64,000 nucleotides of DNA from Trichosphaerium sp. ATCC 40318. Taxonomy: Eukaryota; Protista; Tubulinea. The notes beneath the pieces were generated by a model. The model was given only the letters and a program-made list of their open reading frames with translations, ran no database searches and was not told the origin of the DNA. How positions within the stretch are numbered: position 1 is the first letter of the stretch; each line of letters opens with the position of its first letter. Location of the stretch: NCBI GenBank assembly GCA_038496445.1, contig JALMLS010000277.1, forward strand, positions 186,001 through 250,000, in the 5' to 3' direction. Shown in pieces: positions 57,413 to 64,000 of this stretch. Made by a program: the position numbers and the translations under genes.

Positions 57413-57691
57413 GGTGTTACAAAGTATTATACTAGTAATTGTTCTTCATCCTGACTTAGCCAAGCGACGTAGGTTTCATAAATCTGTTACAACATTCAAT
57501 GAATTAAAAACAACAAAACCCTTTTTCAAAATAAAAACAAACCGGCCTTGCCACTGTCTGTTGGCATGTAATTCCAAGGCAAGAGTATTTTTCAACGGGT
57601 TACTTGTCAACATTGATTTCACTACGTAGTCCTTTTTTGAAAAATAAAATTAGGCGAAAGAAAAAGGGTAACACACAAATCTTCGGTGGAT

Positions 57692-59840
57692 TTATCGTCT
57701 TTTAATATTTATCAAAACACGCTTGCCATCAGGTGTTTCAGGTCTCAAAACTGCGTTTTTACTTTCCATGTGTACAACAGGTATATCTAGGTTAATAAAA
57801 GTTAAGAACAAGTACTTTATTGTCAGAAAACAATGCGTACCTTTTGGCATTTCTACTCTGTATTTTTGGAAAAACAATCCAAGAAGCACACGTGCTTCTA
57901 CAAAGAAGAAATTCTTACCAATACAAGTCCTTTTACCACCAGAGAAAGGAATCCATGCAGAAGGATGTGGCAAAGACTATTAATAAACTTAGTGAACAAC
58001 CAAAAAAAATGCCAAAATAAATGAAGCGATATCAAGGCTACTTAACAACGCACCACGCCTTTAGCGAATCTACCAGGGTCGAATTTCTCTGGGTTAGGCC
58101 ATAATTTGGGGTTCATACCAATCTCTAGAGTATCAACCATAACATGCGTTCCTAGTAGAACTCAATAAACAATTAAATACAACACAAAATTGCTTACCTT
58201 TTGGAACAAAGTAATTATTGACTGTCATGTCGTGTGGTGTTTTACGTACATTTCCTGGTGTTGGTCGCATCCTCAAGGTTTCCTTAAGTAGAGTGTAAAT
58301 AATAACGCACAATAATAAAGTTTTACTTTGAATATTTGAGTCAAGTATTGAAGTTTGTTTTGGTCAGCAAAAGTAATTGGTTGTCCTGGAGTTGTTACTT
58401 CATCGACTTCTTTAATCAATAAATCTTGGACTTCTGGATGTTGTGCAATAAAAATAAGAGACCAGAAGATTGTTGTTGCTGATGACTCAGAACCTTAAAA
58501 AACCTCGTAAGTAAGAAAGAAAAAATCTAACAAAAAAGCAATTCAAAAAAAATCAGAGCGTGATGGTCCGTACCAGCCAAGAAAAATGTAAAGATTTCAT
58601 CACGTATTTCTACATTAGTCATAGATTGATCTCTTTTCTCCATTTCAGCCATCATAACTTTTAATAAATCCAAGTTATCATTATCAGATGAATTACTCAT
58701 TGCTTGATATATTGTCTTATCAACTACTTTAAAAGCACCGCTATTATACCACTTGAAGAATGTACGAAGTACTATGATGTAATTATATCAAGAAATAACG
58801 ACAAAAATCAAACGGGGACTACAAGGAAGCGAGAGATATAAAAAAAAGTCGTACTTGGTAAAAAACTGAGTGGATTTGCAGCAATTGATAAAATCTCTTG
58901 GAAGGCACGTGCTACATCACCAGTTGCATCAACCATAGAATTAAGTTGTAATCCAAAACCAGTATCAGCGATAACATCCTTTAAATAACGTCAGTACCAC
59001 TTAGTATTCGTTAAAAGAGATCTCTCACCAAAGTGAAATTGTTTAACAATTTGTTAACATCATAATTTTCACAGGTTTTGTTCTTAGACATAGTAGCTTC
59101 AATGACGTCAATGCACTGGTTTGAGTGATTGTTGAAACGCTCTACAAAGTTGCGAAGCATCGAATACTTGAAAGCTAGGAATGAGTGAGTGCCAAATAGT
59201 ACTATGTGTGTGTATTGTGGTATTTACCCGGATCAATAAGTTTACGATGTTTCTCCCATTTTACATGTTTCTGGAATACCAAACCCTCTCCAAACAGCTC
59301 TCTATAGTTCTCGTTAATATCATAATAACAGCAATGATAACATACTTTACGTTTAAGTCGTGCTTTGGGTAGTTTTTGGACACGAGTACTTCGTGACCCC
59401 AATCTACATTAATAGAGTCTTAGCTTTACACAAAACAAACAAATGACATACCGACGTCACTTGTGATGACCCAATCATGTCCCATTAATTGTACGCTCAC
59501 CATGCTACCATATTTTCTGCGTGACAAAGATAAGCAATGCGGAAGAAAAAATGGTACGATTTCAATAACGTTGAAAAAGGCTTGTATGGCTTGAAAACGC
59601 GTAGTTAGTACTTACCTGATGCATGAAGATTGGAATTTATGGCGCTGGTTGCCGCTGAGTAAGTATTGCGGAATATTTCCAAGGATAGGTACTGGGGTTG
59701 GCCCAGGGCAAGTACACTTCTATTCGTAGCGTTATTGTTGTTTACCCCAATTTTTAGTGTACCTTACGAAGAAAACTACGAACGAGGTACCACAGAGCAA
59801 CAGCAATGAGTACCGACGGAACAACAGACTCAAGAAGCAT
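57692..59840 (-). CDS. Cytochrome P450
   Basis: N-terminal TM, PGPTPVPILGN, FFLAGSES, KETLR, heme motif FSGGKRTCIG. Confidence 0.93.
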
Positions 59841-60570
59841 TTGACAAGACTGAATACCACAGAACCCTTTGTATACACTTCTGGTGCCAATGTATACACG
59901 AAAAGCCTTGTTTGGCTAGCGTGCTAAGCCACTTTCCTTAAGTGCTTGACTGTTTGTAAAGAAGCAAAAATGACACGACAAGTCGTAAATTAGTACCGAA
60001 ATGGAAGGCTTTTTGTGGAAACAAAAATCACGAAAAGTAACCAACAAATGGAAGAAACTGTTCGTCCTAATCGCTTGCTTTGAATCTCTTTTGCGTGAAA
60101 ATCTCAAAATTGGCCGTATTGTAGGCCCAGTTATATTTTCAACCAAATTAGGTCTATAACTTACAAAAACTAGCTGGTTCAAGTCTAAAGACACCTCAGT
60201 GTACTGTTATACTGATAAAACCGAAACAAAACTACAAAGCGTATTTGATGCATCAAAAGGTATTAAAACAATATCACAACGCGTGATACTAACAAACTAA
60301 AACGTAGTTACCAACGTCGTACTTCGAGAACGTGATGGGTACATTTATGTCTTTGAGGTAACACTTGACATTGCTTAAGAAACTTCTTAACACATCTAGG
60401 TTTGGTGCCAAAAACATACATGGTCTGTGGCAGCTGACACTCTCGATGAACGGAAAAAATGGACACAGTTAATTTGCCGTCATGCCAACTTGGACGCTCC
60501 AATGGTACGGCCTTAGTGTCGACACTATTAACCTAATGATTTCCATAAGCGGCCAGAACCAAGTATCAAG

Positions 60571-63500
60571 ATGCAGAATGTCGAGGACTTGATGGAAAAA
60601 GGGTTTGTTCTTCTCAGTAACACTGTGGACGTCAACTGAAACTGTTTGTTTAGGGACGATAAAATTAATGAGGAAAAATGGTTTGAAGCAGTTGAAATAT
60701 TTTCAAACGTCATTATGCGTGGACCTGAAGATTCTATATTAGAACGTGCATACTATCTTAGGGGTAAATAATTATATTTCCATTTTTGGATATCACTAAC
60801 ACGTGATTCTTGCAGGTTATTCTTATTATAGGTATTTTTTCTTGAAAGAAAAAAAAGTTAAGTACAGTTGATAGTCAAACGTTGTTTTAGGTTTCGTGAT
60901 ATGTACCGCGCATCTGATGACATGACAAAAGCTATCGCTATAGAACCAAGGTCTTATTATTATTCTCTACGTGGTGAGATTAATATTTCACTTGGCAAGA
61001 AGACTAGGGTGAGCGTCGACAAGCAAAATAAATGTAAACAATATTGACAGTACATCTGTAGGTGATTGAAGATTGCGATTCTGCCTTAGCCTTGGACTCA
61101 TCTAATGGATGGGCTCACCATATAAAAGCTCGTGCATTTGAAGAAGATGATAGACAAGAAGCCATGAAGGTTGGCCGTGTTTGTTGTTTGTGTCTCTCAT
61201 AACTTTATTTTATAGGGTTACTTAAAAGCAATTGAAATTGAACCTACACTAGTAGATTCGTATCTATTTGTGGGTAACATCTACTTATCAAATGGAAATC
61301 TTACTGCAGCATTTCATGCTTTCAATAAAGCAGCAGTTGATCTTGATTGTTCTGCAGGAGACCTGGGCTGTGCTTACGTACTTGTAAATATGAGAAAATT
61401 CAAGGAGGTACACAGTTCTACATTAAAGTTAATGAAGCTTGTTGGTTTAGTTTTTCCGTTGTAGGCAACAGAACGTCTTGAAGATATTAAAAATTCTCGT
61501 TGGGAGAGTCTCACTGGCCAAAATAGGCGAAATGTTTTGAGCACTATCGCGATGATCAAACTTTTTCAAGGCAAAGTGGATGAGACGATAAAGGTTAACT
61601 ATAAGACATGTGCTCATTCTCATTTGTGTTAGATATCAAATGAATGTCTGAAAATAGATACTACAGTTGGCCATGGTAACTTGGCTATTGCGTACGCTCT
61701 GCATGAGAAACACGAGTTGTGCGATAAAGAGACTAAGCTGAACTTTGAAGTACCATTTTTGCTATCTAACAACAGCTTTTAATGAGATTAGAACGTGGAC
61801 AAGGATGCTGGATATACAAACAAAGGTGTGATTCACATGTTAAGGCAACAATATGAGGTGCTGAAACGTAGAAGATATGACATTGATTAATTGTTTAGGA
61901 GGCGATTGAGTGTTTCAATACAGCTATAGAAATTTTACCAACAATGCCAAATTACTTTTATTGGAGAGGTACAAGATGAAATACTCTATCCTGATTAAAA
62001 CCTAATTGATATAACTAGCGATATGCTATCGACTTTTGGGACGATGGGATGAAGCACTTCGTGATTATGGAACAACAATAAAAATTAGGTGCAATTAGCT
62101 GACTTCAACTTGAATTTAACTTAGTTTTTAGACCTGAGAGTGCTGTAGCGTATAATGGACAGGGAGAAGTATTTCTCAAAATTAATAAACCAAAGGAATG
62201 TATAGAAAGCTGCACACGAGCTATACTCATTGGTGGTAACACATTCTATGAACCATTCAAGAACAGGTACTAGTGCTTTTTTTAGATTTTCTTCAGCTCT
62301 CTGTACTTACTTTCAGATCTCTTGCGTATGCTCGCTTAAAACAATACGTAAATTCAGATGCGGACGAATACATAGCAGACAAATTATACTCACCAGAGTC
62401 ATGCCCTGGAGCCTCAAAAGATTTTCATGTGAGGTACAAAAAAGAGAAGAAGAACTTTTCGAGATTAATGCTCATCAGATACTTTGATTGTTTTGTACAT
62501 TTTAGACCTGAAAGAACGGTCATTGATCCGTATGAGTGTGCTGCCGAAGGAAATATAAAAGATATCGGCGCTTGGCTTATAAGCGCTCATGGTGGAAATG
62601 TAGACGATGGAAATCAAGAGGATAATTGCAATACACTTCTTTACATTGCTAGTCGTCACAATCAAGCCAAAGTTGTAAAATTTTTGGCACGTGTTTAATG
62701 TTCAGTACGGGTTTTTTAACAGTATTTAACGAACCGTTTAGTTAGAGAATGGAGCAGATGTAAATTTAGTACAAAGTCATGGATCAACACCTCTCCATGC
62801 AGCTTCTTTGGGAGGTCATAAAGAAGTGATTAAATTATTGTTAGATAATGGCGCTCTTTTTCTTCGCAATAAATTAGGAGAACTTCCCAGCTGTTGTGAT
62901 GACACCAATACATCCACTTTCAACCCTGTATGTAGCCTTAAAAGGGCGGTAGTATTGGCTAAAACGTAAATTGTTTTAGGTAGAAGATGGCTCAGAGACA
63001 ACTTTATCTTGGGTTGTTCCAAAGTCTATCACTGAGGAAATGAAGAAACGCTGTGACTCTAATTCCAATTGTCCACTAGAGTATAATATTAATTTGATTG
63101 ATATGGGCATGAATGAGCGTAGGAATATGGTTGAGTGCGAACAAAGACAAACATCTTCCTTAAATTGTGGTTGACTGAGTAAGCTAGGGAATGCTTCACC
63201 AAATACATGTCAGCTGCTGTAAAAAAAACTTTCAAGTAAGCTAACACATGCAACCTAATCTTTTTTGATATTCAATAATTACAGAATTGAACGCATTGAT
63301 GTTATTCACAACAACCAACAAAAACTTCGGTTCGAAGGACAGGTAAGGATATAGCAAACTGCTCTTTTAAACTCAAACACATTTTTCCCTCACTCACCAG
63401 TTTCCAGATGCAAACCTTGGCAATTCGACTTCAAAAAAACAAACCTGATAAGGACTCTATAAGTAATGATATAGATAGAAATACTACATACACTAGATTA

Positions 63501-64000
63501 CTCGATTGTGAGCCTTCAGAGTATAAAGGAGTAAAGATATATCCCGTACAAAATTTTCTTCAACTTAGAGCAAAAGCACTTTTGCAGCTGAACTCATTTC
63601 CCTTTAGCTATGGTATTCCATATCACCCGACAGTTATAAGGGAATTTGTAAATATGGATTCAGTACGTTGTGCATGAAGTAAATACAGAAGAAAACAAGA
63701 ACTCATATTTTCTTGAAAGGTAAACAAACGTGTCCTCCATTTCGTGAAGGATTCATGGGGAATGGATATTATGGATCAATTCAAGCAAGCCATGCTGTAA
63801 ATATAAATAATACAGGTGTGCTGATTCTTGGATTCACATGCTTTGGAAATATTTTTCCTGCACTTGCTGGAGGTAAGTTTGTTGACTGGTTTTTTTATTT
63901 TGTTATGATACTTAATCTTCGTTTTTTCAGATGTACCTAAGTTGATGGGTAAGAATAATTATAATATGTATGATGGTGTCATATCCACAGTAGCTGAGAC
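60571..64000 (+). CDS. TPR + ankyrin + PARP/ART-like domain protein (3' end outside the window)
   Basis: Multiple TPR exons (AIEIEPTLVDSYLFVGNIY; AYNGQGEV), ankyrin NTLLYIASRHN and GSTPLHAASLGGH, ART-like LWYS..ICKYGF..GFMGNGYY. Confidence 0.8.

Overview
This is a gene-dense, AT-rich, intron-rich eukaryotic window, most likely from a free-living amoeboid protist (inference). It uses short spliceosomal introns, so the ORF track shows mostly exon fragments; I rebuilt about 24 genes by joining exons by hand. Housekeeping and signalling genes: UBE2D-type E2, PLAC8, C2-RhoGAP, divergent actin, C2-ANK-SAM-TKL kinase, CUE-DnaJ, DNLZ/Zim17, BiP with UPRE motifs, and a P450. Main unusual features: (1) a ~4.15 kb inverted duplication (31.7-35.9 kb and 49.9-54.1 kb) encoding a Crinkler-like P-loop NTPase + PD-(D/E)XK nuclease, with no N-terminal header but a strongly diverged C-terminal region and an NLS; (2) a double RasGEF ending in an archaeal-type DUF3782/DUF1626-like nuclease-fold domain; (3) a predicted transcription factor with an NF-kB/Spt23-like layout (beta-sandwich-IPT-ankyrin-Ubl); (4) an ARF GTPase with GRT and DVGGC substitutions fused to three repeats; (5) two Trp-rich repeat proteins built from intron-bounded modules; (6) U12-type introns, GC-AG introns and a GTAC donor bias; (7) strong CACGTG enrichment. 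No tRNA, rRNA or CRISPR array was found. All domain calls come from motif recognition, not database searches.
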